A stretch of DNA of 56,570 nucleotides from Schmidtea nova (GCA_044892505.1 CM097882.1:255316001-255372570), one strand, 5' to 3'; positions 39,728-52,394 are shown, counted from the first letter of the stretch. Notes: generated from the sequence alone by a model not told the origin. Numbers and translations: made by a program.

Positions 39728-40403
39728 TCTTCTCAAAAAATAAAATGAACAAATGTACAATTCAGGCAATAAAAGGCGTTCTGATATATCAGAATTAATC
39801 TTTTTTGATAATAATAGATATAACAAAAATTTTCGTTTTAAATATAACTGAACTAATAGCAATAATTATTATGATTATAACCGAGAGAATCGTTTCGATC
39901 GAAGTATAAATGATGATAACAGATACGATTTTGAGTCTACTAGAGATATTTTTAGAGGAAGACAATCGAGTTCGAATAGACAAAGTTATAAAAAATAGAA
40001 GACCTACCTCATTTAATAATTATTGAAGAAATTAAGTTAATTTTCTAGGTGAGATAATATATTTTCAATAATATTGCCATATGGCAAAAGCCTTTAGAAG
40101 TGTGCAAACTGAATCACCGACCAGAGTTTAATTTAAAATGAGCTTGAGGTAAAACAAATAAATAGTATGGAAATTAATGAATCGAATAATGAAATTGAGA
40201 TAATGAGAAATGAATTTAAAGAATTTAAAACAAAATAGGCGAGATTGATTTAGAGGAATAAAATTGTCATATCAATAAATGAATTATAAGCTTATTTAAA
40301 CGAAGGTAAGTTAGGCAGTGATGAATTAAAGCAACAATGAGAAAGAAACTAACAAATATATGCAGAAATAGATAGAAAAAATATTTTGAAACAAGAATTG
40401 GAT

Positions 40404-41387
40404 TGTTGAGGATACCTAAATTACAAATTTATGAATAATTAAATAAAATTACCTGGGGGAAATTCGTCATGACGAATGGGATAATTAATTGGAACTCGGA
40501 AAAGAAAACAGAAATAAAAAGAAATGGGAAAGAGAAATCAGACAAAAAAACAAAAACAATGGTCAGTACTAATTAATTAGTACAAAAGGAAAAGGAATTT
40601 CAGGATCGGGAAAACAGAAACAATATACTTATCTCGAAAGCTTGTCAGAGATAACGGGAACAAAAAGAAAACAGGCTGAAACGGCAAAAAAGGAAAAAAC
40701 AGATAATATCTTGACAGCTGTCAGAGATAACTCCGTACAGAAAAAAGTCGGGAAATTATGTTGGAGAAAAAATGGAAAATTAGAGATAAACTTAAGTGCC
40801 ACAAAGTGACTAGATATAAAAGGATGAAACTTAGCAGAGAGACAGAACATTGGCGGGAGAAAAATTACGCGAGAAAAGTAGACAGAACATTTACGACAAA
40901 CGATTGAAGACAATGTGATGGAAATTTATTGGAGAAATTGAAAGATTTTGTGAAGCCGGAGAAAGTTAGAAGAGACGTTTAGAAAATAATTCAAAGGAAA
41001 TCCGACGAAATAATAGATCAGAAATAAAGGAAGTAAAAGAAAATTTAGTGAAACCCGTTATTAGAGCTCAGCAAGTAAATCCAAGTCAAACCAATCAATC
41101 AACCAGTTAAATTACCAATTGTTACCCTCTTCAGCAGTGAGTAATATTTTGAATCAGGATTATACGCGAGTGCTATTCCTTACAATAGTGTTGCAATAAG
41201 AATTTTATAGTAGTAGTTAGACTGTTGAATAAATTGTATCATTGTGAAAATATTTGTGATAGCCAATAAAGTTTCCTGCTGCCAATTGTTATTTGTGGAT
41301 CAATTAAAAGCACGTTTGGAGTTAGAGGAATAATTTGTTAAACTTAAGTTTCACCAACGACTTTATGTCGATTATTAAATGACAACA
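40404..41387 (+). mobile_element. Solo-LTR-like element, copy 3, inserted into a hAT remnant
   Basis: TGTTG...CAACA termini; 4-bp TSD GGAT (40400-40403, 41388-41391); removing it restores RIGLIWNNLTAYG. Confidence 0.8.
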
Positions 41388-42712
41388 GGATTAATTTGGA
41401 ACAATCTAACTGCATATGGAACTAATAACGCTAGTGTTAATTACGGAATAAACAATTCGCTTTTTGAAAAATTAGTTAATGAAGAAAATAAAACCATTAT
41501 TGCAGCTCATTGTAATGATCATATAATTCATAATTGTGATAAAATGCTTTGAAATTATTATCCTTCGACATTGAAAACATTATATTAAAAGTGTTTGCTG
41601 AGTTTTCTAATTCAGCCAAAAAGCGAGAAAATTTGAAAGAATGTTATGAGTTTTACGAATCAAATTTTCATGAAGTTGTTCAACTAGATGGCTATCTTAA
41701 TTTAAAGCAGTTGATCGCTTGTTACTAAGCTGGCAGCCGCTAAATATTATTTTTTAGCTTTAGGTGAAGACGAATGTCCAAGATCAATATGGATAATGAT
41801 ATTTGATCAAGAAAATGAAATGTCGCCAGTAGATGAACCTACAATTTCCGAAATTTATATCTATTTCGTTCACTCGTTTATGTCTTCTTTTCAAAAAAAT
41901 TTACTAATTCTTGAAACTCGTACAACTTTGGCATGTGATCTTTATTTAATATTGGTAAAATTTCGAGAATCGTTGAAAAATAACATGGACACCAAATTTT
42001 TTGGCATGAAAGTAAAATTTGCCATGATGAAAAACTGTCAGGTGAATCCATGTCAGGTGAATAAATTTTAAAAAAGCTTCAAATGTATATGCTAGAGCAT
42101 TGAACTATTTGGAAAAATGGTTTGATTTCCAGAATTCTCCTTATATGCACTTTCAAGCTATGAGCCTTGCAGACGGTAAAAAATCTATAAGTCTGAATGA
42201 AATTTTGAAAATTTGGATGTTGTCGCCATTGAAGGATGAAGTTCCACCAGACTATTTACACGCCGAAATATGTGCATTGAATTTGGTAATGGAGACACTT
42301 GAAGGAACATCTTCTCTTGAAAAGTGGAACTATTTCTTTCAAAGAGTCGTCACCAAATTTATTGAAAATAGCTCAGTTCGTCTTTTCGATTCCAGTTACG
42401 AATGCGAATGTTGAAAGAATTTTCAGTGTGATGGGCAATCTATGGACTAACGAACGTAATTGGATGTCGTTGAATTTAGTAAATGCGAACTTTGTATCTT
42501 CTTTAATATTCCTTATACATGCTAAAATGTAAAAGAAATATTTTCTAAAAATAAAAAACTGCTAAAAGCTGCTTCGCAGAATGAAAAATATAAAAAATAA
42601 TAAAAATATCTTATTTTTATTTTAAAATTTATTTTTATTTAAAAATAGCATAGTCTAAGGTTTATTTTAAAAATTTTTCCGGTATTCTTTAAGGTCTCAC
42701 CTGGCAACCCTA
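41388..42712 (+). pseudogene. Degenerate hAT transposase (3' part) with right TIR
   Basis: NNLTAYGTNNASVNYG..IIAAHCNDHIIHNC and FSIPVTNANVERIFSVMGNLWTNERN; terminal ACCTGGCAACCCTA (42699-42712; reverse complement TAGGGTTGCCAGGT). No left TIR found. Confidence 0.8.
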
Positions 42713-43066
42713 TAGCTTAATAATGCTATACTAATTTATATCCGATACTGCTTGCTATTATTTTTTAGAAACTTATGATATAATAACAGAAACTTCAACT
42801 TATAAAATACTAATAATTGTATTCTAGAATAAATGCAAATAATTAAAATTTAAGCTAAATATTTTAACAATTCAAAAGAATTGTTTAAATTTACATCAAT
42901 GCAACTATAGAGAATTTTGGCTAATTATTTAAAATAGTAAAATTGTAAACTAATAATAAATTAATAAAGTTAATATTTTCTTAATTAATTCAATAATTAA
43001 ATTGTAATCAAAATTAATTTACAGTTTCAATAATTTAATAGAGTAAAATAACAATATTTATAATAA

Positions 43067-46000
43067 ATGGCTCCTAAAAAGGACAAAAAACTCAAACCCA
43101 AACCAATTCCATCTAAAGTAGCTCCAAAAGTTAATAAAACTGGTAAATTTTAAATTTTTAGTTTGTATAAATTTTAAATAAAAAATATATATAATAAATT
43201 GTTTGAATCAAGTTTCAAAAAACAGTCATTCTGGATCTTTGGATAAAAAACCAGTTTTAAATCCATCCAATAAAGCGTGGACAGAGAAAGATGAAAAAGC
43301 TGTCATTATTCAGAAATTGATTAGAAAGTTTTTGGCCAAAAAACGACTAGAGAAATTGAAAATAGACAAAGTTATAATTATTTGCACTGCATTGACATCT
43401 ATGTAACGATAACAATATTTGTTATTATTATTTGCTAGAGGGAATACGATAATAGGATGGAGGAATTGGAACGAAAAGCATATTTGGATATCGTTAAGCG
43501 AGAACAGCAAGAGAACGAAAGACAAAGAAAAATTGAAGAAGAAGAAAAACGGAAAATAACTGAAAACAGAAGAAGAAAGAAATCAATGATTGAAGCAGCA
43601 TTTGAAGGAAATCTTTCGGAGATTTTGTCTATCCTTCAACTAGTAATATTTATGATATTAAATTTGATAAATTACATTGTTTAATCATTGGGAAAGGTGG
43701 AAAATAGTTGAAATTTTGTTCGAACACTGTCTGAAATTATAATTTCATTAATTAAAATTGAAACATTTCATCAACATTTAGTTCGCATTAAAATTATAAA
43801 CAGAAAAAGCGTTAATTAATTATTTAAGAAAACCTCGAATTAGGTAAACAACAAGAAAATTCAACGAAATGGATTTAGGAGAGAGATTATCATAATATGA
43901 TGATTATTAACGGTACTCAAACATAAAAATGACTAGGTAATCGTTTCCTGCCATTTGATTGGTTCTTTATCAAATTTTATTCTATTTTTTAAAATTGAAA
44001 TAAAATAAAATAACAAAATACATAAAATAAAATTAGCGTAAATAAGTATAAATAGATCTAAAAACACGTGAAATGGCCAACGGTAGAACTGGCATTATTA
44101 ATATGAATCAAATCAATACAGATCTTGAAATGTAACAGAGAAGTGCAAATAAGTAAATAAGCTAACATTGAGACAGACTGTGTCGAGGAAATTTGATGGG
44201 AAAATGCTGCAATATGGCATGCTCACGACAGCAGCGCAGGAACAGCCCTCCCGACATTTGCTTGCAATTGTATGATAAATTTAATATTTATTGAACTGGA
44301 ATGCAACAATGGATATACATTATATTGGCCTTGTGAACGGTCACCACTGGCTTGAGGTCGGTTTTTTCGGCGTATTGGAAAGCATATATTGGAATATTAG
44401 CGCTGTAAGATTTGTACATTTACCAGCAATAAATATGAAATGCTATGAGAATGTGAGATTTATTATAATTTTATATATAAATCTTACGGAGTTTTTTTTC
44501 ATTTTCTCGACAATTCAAAGTAGATTCCTCGGAACAACTTAAAGTTATTTGGCACACAATCTTTAAATTTCAATAATTATAGTGATTAAAATCATTTATA
44601 ATGTTTTTACCAGAGCCGCCGCCTTCCCATCTGCATCATCTGCCTTTGCAGGGGCCCCATAAATATGATGGGAAACGTTTACCACATTTTTGAGAGTAAA
44701 TTATAGGATATAAGTATGAAGAAATCAGAAGGATAGTAAAGTGATGAACCCAGATTCAAAGCAACACACAGAAAAACTGTGGTGTTAGACTGGTAGTGCA
44801 TTGTATGTTCAAGTCTTACGAATGGTGATCAGATGGAACTATCCTATATCAAGCCATCCAAATAAGAATTATTTTTCTTATGAGAATACCACTTCTAAAG
44901 TTATCAAACAATACGCAGGAAGTCAATTATCTATACGATCTCTCTTGCCATGTTACTTTTTATAAAAAAAGTAAACAAAAACTGGCTGCGCATAACTTTC
45001 ACCTGAAGGACCCTTTCCGAATTGTCTCAGGGTTTGCCTTTTATCCACTGATAAAAAGAATATTAAACCTACAAGTGATTCCACCCAGTAACTCATCAGT
45101 GTCACATATGCTTATACCGTTTTATCTCTTGGCTAGAACACTACTGGAACTAGTGATCCCACCTAGTAACCCATGTGGGGCACATATGCTTATACCGTTT
45201 TATCTATTGGCTAGAACACCACTGGAACTAGTGATCCCACCCAGTAACCCATGAGGGGCACATATGCTTATACTGTTTTATCTCTTGGCTAGAACACCAC
45301 GGGAACTAGTGATCCCACCCAGTAACCCATGAAGGGCACATATGCTTATACCGTTTTATCTCTTGACTAGAACACCAGTGGAACTAGTGATCCCACCTAG
45401 TAACCCATGTGGGGCACATATGCTTATACCGTTTTATCTCTTGGCTAGAACACTACTGGAACTAGTGATCCCACCTAGTAACCCATGAGGGGCACATATG
45501 CTTATACCGTTTTATCTATTGGCTAGAACACTACTGGAACTAGTGATCCCACCCAGTAACCCATGAGGGGCACATATGCTTATACTGTTTTATCTCTTGG
45601 CTAGAACACTACTGGAACTAGTGATCCCACCTAGTAACCCATGAGGGCACATATGCTTATACCGTTTTATCTCTTGGCTAGAACACTACTGGAACTAGTG
45701 ATCCCACCCAGTAACCCATGAGGGTCACATATGCTTATACCGTTTTATCTATTGGCTAGAACACTACTGGAACTAGTGATCCCACCTAGTAACCCGTGTG
45801 GGGCACATATGCTTATACTGTTTTATCTATTGGCTAGAACACTACTGGAACTAGTGATCCCACCTAGTAACCCATGTGGGGCACATATGCTTATACTGTT
45901 TTATCTATTGGCTAGAACACCAGTGGAACTAGTGATCCCACCTAGTAACCCATGAGGGGCACATATGCTTATACCGTTTTATCTATTGGCTAGAACACTA

Positions 46001-46536
46001 CTGGAACTAGTGATCCCACCCAGTAACCCATGAGGGGCACATATGCTTATACTGTTTTATCTCTTGGCTAGAACACTACTGGAACTAGTGATCCCACCTA
46101 GTAACCCATGAGGGCACATATGCTTATACCGTTTTATCTCTTGGCTAGAACACTACTGGAACTAGTGATCCCACCCAGTAACCCATGAGGGTCACATATG
46201 CTTATACCGTTTTATCTATTGGCTAGAACACTACTGGAACTAGTGATCCCACCTAGTAACCCGTGTGGGGCACATATGCTTATACTGTTTTATCTATTGG
46301 CTAGAACACTACTGGAACTAGTGATCCCACCTAGTAACCCATGTGGGGCACATATGCTTATACTGTTTTATCTATTGGCTAGAACACCAGTGGAACTAGT
46401 GATCCCACCTAGTAACCCATGAGGGGCACATATGCTTATACCGTTTTATCTCTTGGTTGAATTACCATTATTAACCACCTTCAGAAAGCATGCGATGGCT
46501 CTGCTTTTATCCACTGAAACGGTTGCAGCAGCTGAA

Positions 46537-46598
<62 letters not shown>

Positions 46599-46773
46599 CT
46601 ACATTTTGTGTTTGTTTGTGGTTTTTTATATTTTTCAATATAGGTCGAAGATGATGATAATAAACAAGATCTAAAACACGATTTTATCGGTCAGAATATA
46701 CGAAAGAGGCATCTATTAGATATGATTAATTGTGAAGATGCCAATAAGAATACGCCGATTTCAGAAGCTTCTA
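43067..46773 (+). CDS. IQANK1: IQ motif and ankyrin repeat protein 1-like, 5' partial; exons 43067-43142, 43213-43370, 43439-43642, 46644-46773
   Basis: Phase-compatible GT-AG splicing gives MAPKKDK..VIIQKLIRKFLAKKRL (IQ motif)..REYDNRMEELERKAYLDIVKREQQE..MIEAAFEGNLSEILSILQL|VEDD..HDFIG..MINCEDANKNTPISEAS, matching my recollection of vertebrate IQANK1. Later exons not seen (gap at 46837 or beyond the window). Confidence 0.8.
44611..46503. mobile_element. Putative non-autonomous hAT-like element enclosing the 78-bp satellite
   Basis: Ends CAGAGCCGCCGC vs reverse complement CAGAGCCATCGC (10/12); subterminal GGGGCCCC; flanks GTTTTTAC/CTTTTATC only 5/8. Confidence 0.45.
45074..46456. repeat. 78-bp tandem satellite, about 17-18 units, with a 467-bp higher-order repeat
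   Basis: Unit TTGGCTAGAACACTACTGGAACTAGTGATCCCACCTAGTAACCCATG..GGCACATATGCTTATACCGTTTTATCTC; identical ORFs at 45731 and 46198 (offset 467). Confidence 0.97.
46541..46593. repeat. (TA)n microsatellite
   Basis: Direct reading. Confidence 0.95.
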
Positions 46774-46836
46774 GTAATATTTTTTAAATTACTTTATTTT
46801 ACAACTGTCAATAATGTTTCTGACGGAATTCTCAAT

Positions 46837-46980
46837 NNNNNNNNNNNNNNNNNNNNNNNNNNNNNNNNNNNNNNNNNNNNNNNNNNNNNNNNNNNNNNNN
46901 NNNNNNNNNNNNNNNNNNNNNNNNNNNNNNNNNNNNNNNNNNNNNNNNNNNNNNNNNNNNNNNNNNNNNNNNNNNNNNNN
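46837..46980. other. Assembly gap (N run)
   Basis: Ns. Confidence 1.
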
Positions 46981-47099
46981 AGTGAAGCAAAAGGGGCCTA
47001 TTCCGAAAAGTTTTTGTCTATTAATTTTTAACTGAGTTACATATTTTTAGGAATGTCAGATTTTGTTTTAAAAAATGTATGGGGGTGGCAATTTGTTTA

Positions 47100-47630
47100 G
47101 ATCACGCGATTGTAAAGATAAAGAATACTACATTATCTCTCAGGCAACCAATCAATTTTAAGATTGACATTTTGATAGCAAATGCAAATATATCATCAAT
47201 GAAAGTTTTCAAAACCTTTAGAGCAAATTTATCCATGGAAGATGAGCGACTGCTAGTTTATAAAAAACTGAGTTGTCATCGTAATGAATGCAAACATCAG
47301 CAGGAATCCTTAGGACATAGACAAAACCCCTGATTTACCATCCGGTATGCTCCAATTAACAGAATAAATTGCTAATCCAGCCGATAATAGGAACAAGATC
47401 TATGACAAATATTTTTTTCAAAATTGATAATATTTCCTTGAATCGAATTCTAACATAAGCTGCTCCCTATTGACAGTGATTTTGATAACCTTTGATAACC
47501 ACAACAGAACCTTTCACCATGAAATTTGTATCATTGTCAAGTACATACAGAACCACAATGATCGATGGGAACACTTACAGAAACTCGATCGAACTAACAA
47601 ATCTTGACGTGATTCCATTCGTCCTTCATC
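47100..47630 (-). pseudogene. CLPTM1: CLPTM1-like pseudogene fragment (multiple stops and frameshifts)
   Basis: Pieces in shifting frames: FPSIIVVLYVLDNDTNFMV; KYLS*ILFLL; VLSMS*GFLLMFAFITMTTQFFIN; VAHLPW; KTFIDDIFAFAIKMSILKLIGCLRDNVVFFI. These correspond to the conserved CLPTM1 C-terminal membrane region. Confidence 0.85.
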
Positions 47631-48073
47631 CTTCACAACTTAAAATCAATTATAAAAACTCAAAAATGAAAACAATATTCGCCAAACAAATAAAATCAAA
47701 AATCAAATCCTTTCTACAAAAAACAATACAAAAAATGTTCTAATAAAGCAAAAACCTAATTAACAATAGTTAAGTTAAAAATTTACAAATTTACGAAATT
47801 CATAAGATTTTATTTTACCCAAATCTTATTTTTATGATTGACCAACAACTATACAATTATAATGAAATGTTCTATCTGTACTTTTGTTTTCCTATGTGTT
47901 ATAATGCACGCACAAGAAATTTTAATATTCAAATTATATTTATTATAAAATGATTAGATATTAAAACAGTGATGTTCAATAATTAACCTTGTTTAAATAT
48001 TATCAAGTTGGCACTGTTTTAAAAATATATATTTAATTTGTTAAATTGTTATGAATTATGAAGAGATTGTAAC

Positions 48074-48084
48074 TGGCGACCACG
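48074..48084 (+). promoter_or_regulatory. Primer-binding site TGGCGACCACG (tRNA-Arg-like)
   Basis: Abuts the 5' LTR; complementary to the 3' end of tRNA-Arg(TCG) types ending CGTGGTCG-CCA (from memory). Confidence 0.75.
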
Positions 48085-48134
48085 CCGAAAAAATCGAGCC
48101 GATTCACGCGGTGACAAGAAATCAGCATAGAAAG

Positions 48135-49266
48135 ATGATTATGGAATCTTTGCCTAAACAGGCAAAAGACATTTTGAATTTTAATGTCAGAAGATTCGAC
48201 GGCCGAAGCACGGTAGAAGCAGAGAAATGGCTCAAGGATATTGAAGATTGGATGCTACTAAATGATCTAAATTTAGTAAGTATTTTTGATTTATTATTGT
48301 CTGAAGAGGCATCTATTCTCTGGAAAGAATTTAAGGACATCGCCATAACGAATGAAAAAGCTCGTGAATGGTTTAATGAAACATTTACCAAAAAGAAGTC
48401 TATTATGGATAAGATTTGTGACTTATCAGCAGTGAAACAAAATAAAGATGAAAGATTTATTACATTCGAGATACGAGTAAAGAAACTTGTTGACGAAGTT
48501 TTTGACTGTGGAATTTCAAAAGAAAATATTGTTGAAATGATTTTGTGCAGCAGAGTTCGAAACGACCGTTTGAAAGAAAATATTTCAACGAAGGCTAATA
48601 TCACGAGGGAAGAAATTAGAAATTTAGCAAAAGTATATGAGGCACAAGAAGGCTACGATGCAAAAGAACGATTTGAAGAAGTTCAGGCAGTAGTGAAATC
48701 AACCTATGCAAACGTTGCTCAAGATAAACAGAAGCAATGGACTAAAAAAACATCTTTAAATAATAGAATGTATTCGAGTCGTCAACCAGAAATAAGTTAT
48801 CAAAATAGAAATGAAAGAAACGAAAGACAAATTGATAGAGTGAAACCCGTGGTAGAACAATATAATGAGAGGACAACTATGGATCGTAGACCACCACCGT
48901 TAGTTTCAATGAAACATATCGCAAGAAAAGTTTATAATAGATGTTGTGGTCTACCTGAGCCAGCAGAAGAAAGGTTAAGATCTGGTCAATGCTATTGTTG
49001 TGGACAGTGACCATATGCGATTTGAGTGTCCTTTGAAGGACAAATGCTTAATATGCGGTAAAGAAGGTCATTCATTTAGAAATTGCAATTTGTTAGTGAA
49101 ATCAAGAAGCAATACACAAAGACTGGAACGAAGAGTGTACTGTATACACGAAGAAGACGATGACAGATCAGAGGAATTGATAGCCCCAGTCATACATAAT
49201 GTTGAGACTCAAAAAAACCAAGAAGACCCTGTTGTCTACATTTCGTCAGTAGGGTCGAGACAGTAG
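48135..49266 (+). pseudogene. Gag of the inner element with two CCHC knuckles; frameshift at ~49005 breaks the first knuckle
   Basis: CYCCG / SDHMRFEC lie in different frames, then CLICGKEGHSFRNC. Likely start is ATG 48135, after the PBS. Confidence 0.85.
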
Positions 49267-52200
49267 ATGAGTATAAAAAACGAAATGTTGTAAAGAAGGA
49301 TGTGATGTTTAAGAAGGATGATGACAGAAAGTGGAGTACGATTGAAATAAATGAATTTTATGTAGAAATGCTATGGGATTCAGGAGCTTCAATCAGTGTG
49401 ATGAGTGAGAAATGTTGGAGATTAATTGGCAGTCCAAAATTGATGGAAAGCAGAATACGGTTGAGTGGAGTATTTTCAAAAGAAGATGAGAAACCTCTTG
49501 GAAGCGTTAAAATCGTTGCAAAATGGAACAACAAATGTCGAGAATTGGATGTTATTATTGTCAGAAAAATTCATCCAAATTTTATAGGAGGTGTAGACAC
49601 CATGAGAATATTTGGCTTGGAGCTTAAAGAAGTCAATAATATAGATGCATCGTTAATTACCCAGAAATTTACAGATTCTGATCGTTTAGAGTTTGCTTTA
49701 TCGACGCTCAAGTTGGACAAGAATTCGAAGTTGGGTACTTTAATATCTAGGTTTAGCAACATTTTTATGGCATCCAGATTTGACTTAGGTCATACAAAAG
49801 TAATAACACATGAAATAACGACTTCGGGTCCTCCAATTTTACAAAATCCAAAAAGACAACCCATGCATTTAGAAGTCAAAATTGAAGAGTTAATACAGAA
49901 TTTATTAGAAGCTGGAGTTGTGAGAAAATGTCAGAGTCCATGGAACACACCACTAGTAATAGTTGGAAAACCGGATGGCTCTATAAGAATGTGTCTAGAT
50001 TTTAGGCTATTAAATTCAGTTACAGAAAAGTTTTCATTCCCGATGCCAGACATGCAGTTATTATTGGATTGTCTCGGTAAATCAAAGATATTTTCATCAA
50101 TTGATTTAGGTCAAGCTTATTATCAGGTAGAGTTGCATGAAAATTCCCAAACCAAGACGGCATTTAGTACAAAAGAGGGACAATTCTGTTTTAACAGGTT
50201 ACCATTTGGTTTATCAACAGCTCCGGCCACTTTTCAGAAACTGATGCATAAGATATTGGAAGGATTAATTTTCAAAGGAGTGGTTGTCTATCTTGATGAC
50301 ATTTTAATATATGCTGAAAATCAGGAAACTCATGATAAACTTCTACTTGAAGTATTCACACGCATTAGAGATGCCGGCTTGAAAGTTAATCCCGAGAAAT
50401 GCGCGTTCCATAAAAGCGTATTAAATTTCATTGGTCATACAGTGAGTGAAAAGGGAATTCAAACAAACAAAAGAAAGATTTCAGAAATTGAAAATGCAAC
50501 TGAACCGAAGAGTGTTACAGAATTGAGGTCATTCTTAGGTTTAACTAATTATTATCGGCGGTTTATCAAAAATTATTCAATGATAGCAGCACCTTTGTAT
50601 GCCGCAACAACAGGAAACGATAAAATTATTGTTTGGACTGAAGAATGTAGAAAAAGTTTTATCAATTTAAAGAAACTCTTGTGTGAAGCACCAATATTAG
50701 AATTTCCAAGGGCAGATCGACTATTTATTCTTGATACGGATGCTAGTTTTGGAGCCATAGGTGCAGTTTTATCTCAGATTAAGGAAGATGGTACTGAGGG
50801 AGTAATAGCGTATGGTTCAAGACATTTGACAACACATGAAATGGGATATTGTGTTACTAGAAAAGAGTTGTTGGCACTTCACGAGTTTATTGTACATTTC
50901 AAGCAATATTTATATGGAAGAAAATTTATAGCCAGAACGGATCACAAGGCATTGACGTTTATGAACACGACAAAGAAACCAATAAGTCCGCAGTTTCAGA
51001 CATGGATGGCAAATTTATCTGAATACGATTTTGAGTTACGATATAGGAAGGGAGAAGAACATGGAAATGCAGATGGTATGTCTCGTTTAAATAATGCCAT
51101 ATGCGCTCATTGTCAGATGAAACACAAAGATGCTAAAGAGGCAAAATGTAGAACTCGGTACATTAATAGTCTACAAGGAAGTTCAAATATTATGAAAATT
51201 ATTAAACAGAAGCAAAACGAAGACAAAATTATTTCAGAAATCATATCACATCTTAATGGAAATGAGGCTCATATATCTTATGAAACAATCAGTAGCAGTA
51301 TATTCAAGTATCTAAAAATATTACAGATACAAGATGACGTATTGATGACTAATGCAGATGGAAAACTTGCAGTTGTAGTACCTGACAAGTACGTAAAAAC
51401 ATTGGTAAATTATTTTCATATTGAACTGTGCCATCTGGGTATCAAGAAAACTTTATTTTATTTAAAAGACTTTTTCTTTTGGCCATCGATGAATCAAAGT
51501 ATTACGGAATGTATTAATAAATGCAAGATTTGTGCTAGTAGAAAGATTGATCAAGGAAGAACAAAGGAAATTTTATTGCCAAGAACAGGAGAACGGTTTT
51601 TAGAACAGATAGTAGTGGATATTGCATATATGGAGCCAAAAGCAAGTAAGAAATATATGATAGTGATAATAGATCGTTTTAGTAAATTGGTCAGCTTATC
51701 AGCAACAAGTACGCAGGATGAATCAACAATTTTGAATGTCATTTTAAATAATTGGATATATCGTTTTGGTAGACCAGAAAGCATTCTTACAGATAGAGGA
51801 AGAATTTTTGAAGGATCGATGTTTCGTGATTGGATGGAGAAATTTGGTATAAAACAAGAATTCAGTTCACCATATCAACATCAATCAAATGGTTTAGCAG
51901 AACGAATCATAAGAACAGTTCGGGACATGTTGGCAACAGAGATTAGAACAGAAAATAATTGGTGCAGATTGTTACCGAAGATTGAATTTAGTTTGAATGC
52001 TACAATACAAAACTCAACAAATTTCTCACCTTTTGAAATTGTATATGGTCGGAAGATTAATTTATATTCTAGATTAGGACATATACAAAAAAGCAAAGAA
52101 GAAATCGTGGATAAAACAAAAACTAATCTAGAGAAAGCAGCTACAATAATGCAAAATAGAGATTTAGAACACCGGGGAACTCGAGTTTTCACGGTGGGAG

Positions 52201-52394
52201 AGAAAGTATTAGTTCGCTTGGAACCACATAGACGAAAGAAGGAGGGAATCCAATATGAAGGACCTTACAAAATTTTAAAATTCTTATCACCAAGACAAGT
52301 TGAATTACAATTTCCAAACTCAATCAAATCAAGAAGAATTGAATGGCTGAAGAGATTCAAAGAAAATGAAGAGGAGGAGAGTGATGTTCAATAA
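49206..52394 (+). CDS. Pol polyprotein (PR-RT-RNaseH-IN), uninterrupted, in the -1 frame relative to gag
   Basis: LWDSGASISV; YLDD; LDTDAS; HIELCHLG..CKIC; VVDIAY, LTDRG, SNGLAER; GPY motif. Stop codon lies inside the 3' LTR. Confidence 0.95.
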   Translation, partial: DSKKPRRPCCLHFVSRVETVDEYKKRNVVKKDVMFKKDDDRKWSTIEINEFYVEMLWDSGASISVMSEKCWRLIGSPKLMESRIRLSGVFSKEDEKPLGSVKIVAKWNNKCRELDVIIVRKIHPNFIGGVDTMRIFGLELKEVNNIDASLITQKFTDSDRLEFALSTLKLDKNSKLGTLISRFSNIFMASRFDLGHTKVITHEITTSGPPILQNPKRQPMHLEVKIEELIQNLLEAGVVRKCQSPWNTPLVIVGKPDGSIRMCLDFRLLNSVTEKFSFPMPDMQLLLDCLGKSKIFSSIDLGQAYYQVELHENSQTKTAFSTKEGQFCFNRLPFGLSTAPATFQKLMHKILEGLIFKGVVVYLDDILIYAENQETHDKLLLEVFTRIRDAGLKVNPEKCAFHKSVLNFIGHTVSEKGIQTNKRKISEIENATEPKSVTELRSFLGLTNYYRRFIKNYSMIAAPLYAATTGNDKIIVWTEECRKSFINLKKLLCEAPILEFPRADRLFILDTDASFGAIGAVLSQIKEDGTEGVIAYGSRHLTTHEMGYCVTRKELLALHEFIVHFKQYLYGRKFIARTDHKALTFMNTTKKPISPQFQTWMANLSEYDFELRYRKGEEHGNADGMSRLNNAICAHCQMKHKDAKEAKCRTRYINSLQGSSNIMKIIKQKQNEDKIISEIISHLNGNEAHISYETISSSIFKYLKILQIQDDVLMTNADGKLAVVVPDKYVKTLVNYFHIELCHLGIKKTLFYLKDFFFWPSMNQSITECINKCKICASRKIDQGRTKEILLPRTGERFLEQIVVDIAYMEPKASKKYMIVIIDRFSKLVSLSATSTQDESTILNVILNNWIYRFGRPESILTDRGRIFEGSMFRDWMEKFGIKQEFSSPYQHQSNGLAERIIRTVRDMLATEIRTENNWCRLLPKIEFSLNATIQNSTNFSPFEIVYGRKINLYSRLGHIQKSKEEIVDKTKTNLEKAATIMQNRDLEHRGTRVFTVGEKVLVRLEPHRRKKEGIQYEGPYKILKFLSPRQVELQFPNSIKSRRIEWLKRFKENEEEESDVQ
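49212..49288 (+). promoter_or_regulatory. -1 programmed ribosomal frameshift signal (A AAA AAC plus H-type pseudoknot)
   Basis: Slippery heptamer 49212-49218 in gag phase; 6-nt spacer; stem 1 49225-49234/49247-49256; stem 2 49238-49246/49280-49288; pol frame open from 49206. Confidence 0.85.

Noticed and set aside
44040-44545. Coding-like stretch in IQANK1 intron 3 (ORF 44291-44542) and a candidate exon at 43844-43936
   Set aside because: No recognisable homology and stops in the required frame; the true exon 4 is at 46644.
45731-46422. Repeat proteins MLIPFYLLART..
   Set aside because: Translations of the 78-bp satellite; frequent 77-bp units and TGA break the frame.
48051-48134. Gag start at 48051
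   Set aside because: This ATG lies inside the 5' LTR at a position that reads ATT in the 3' LTR; 48135 is more plausible.
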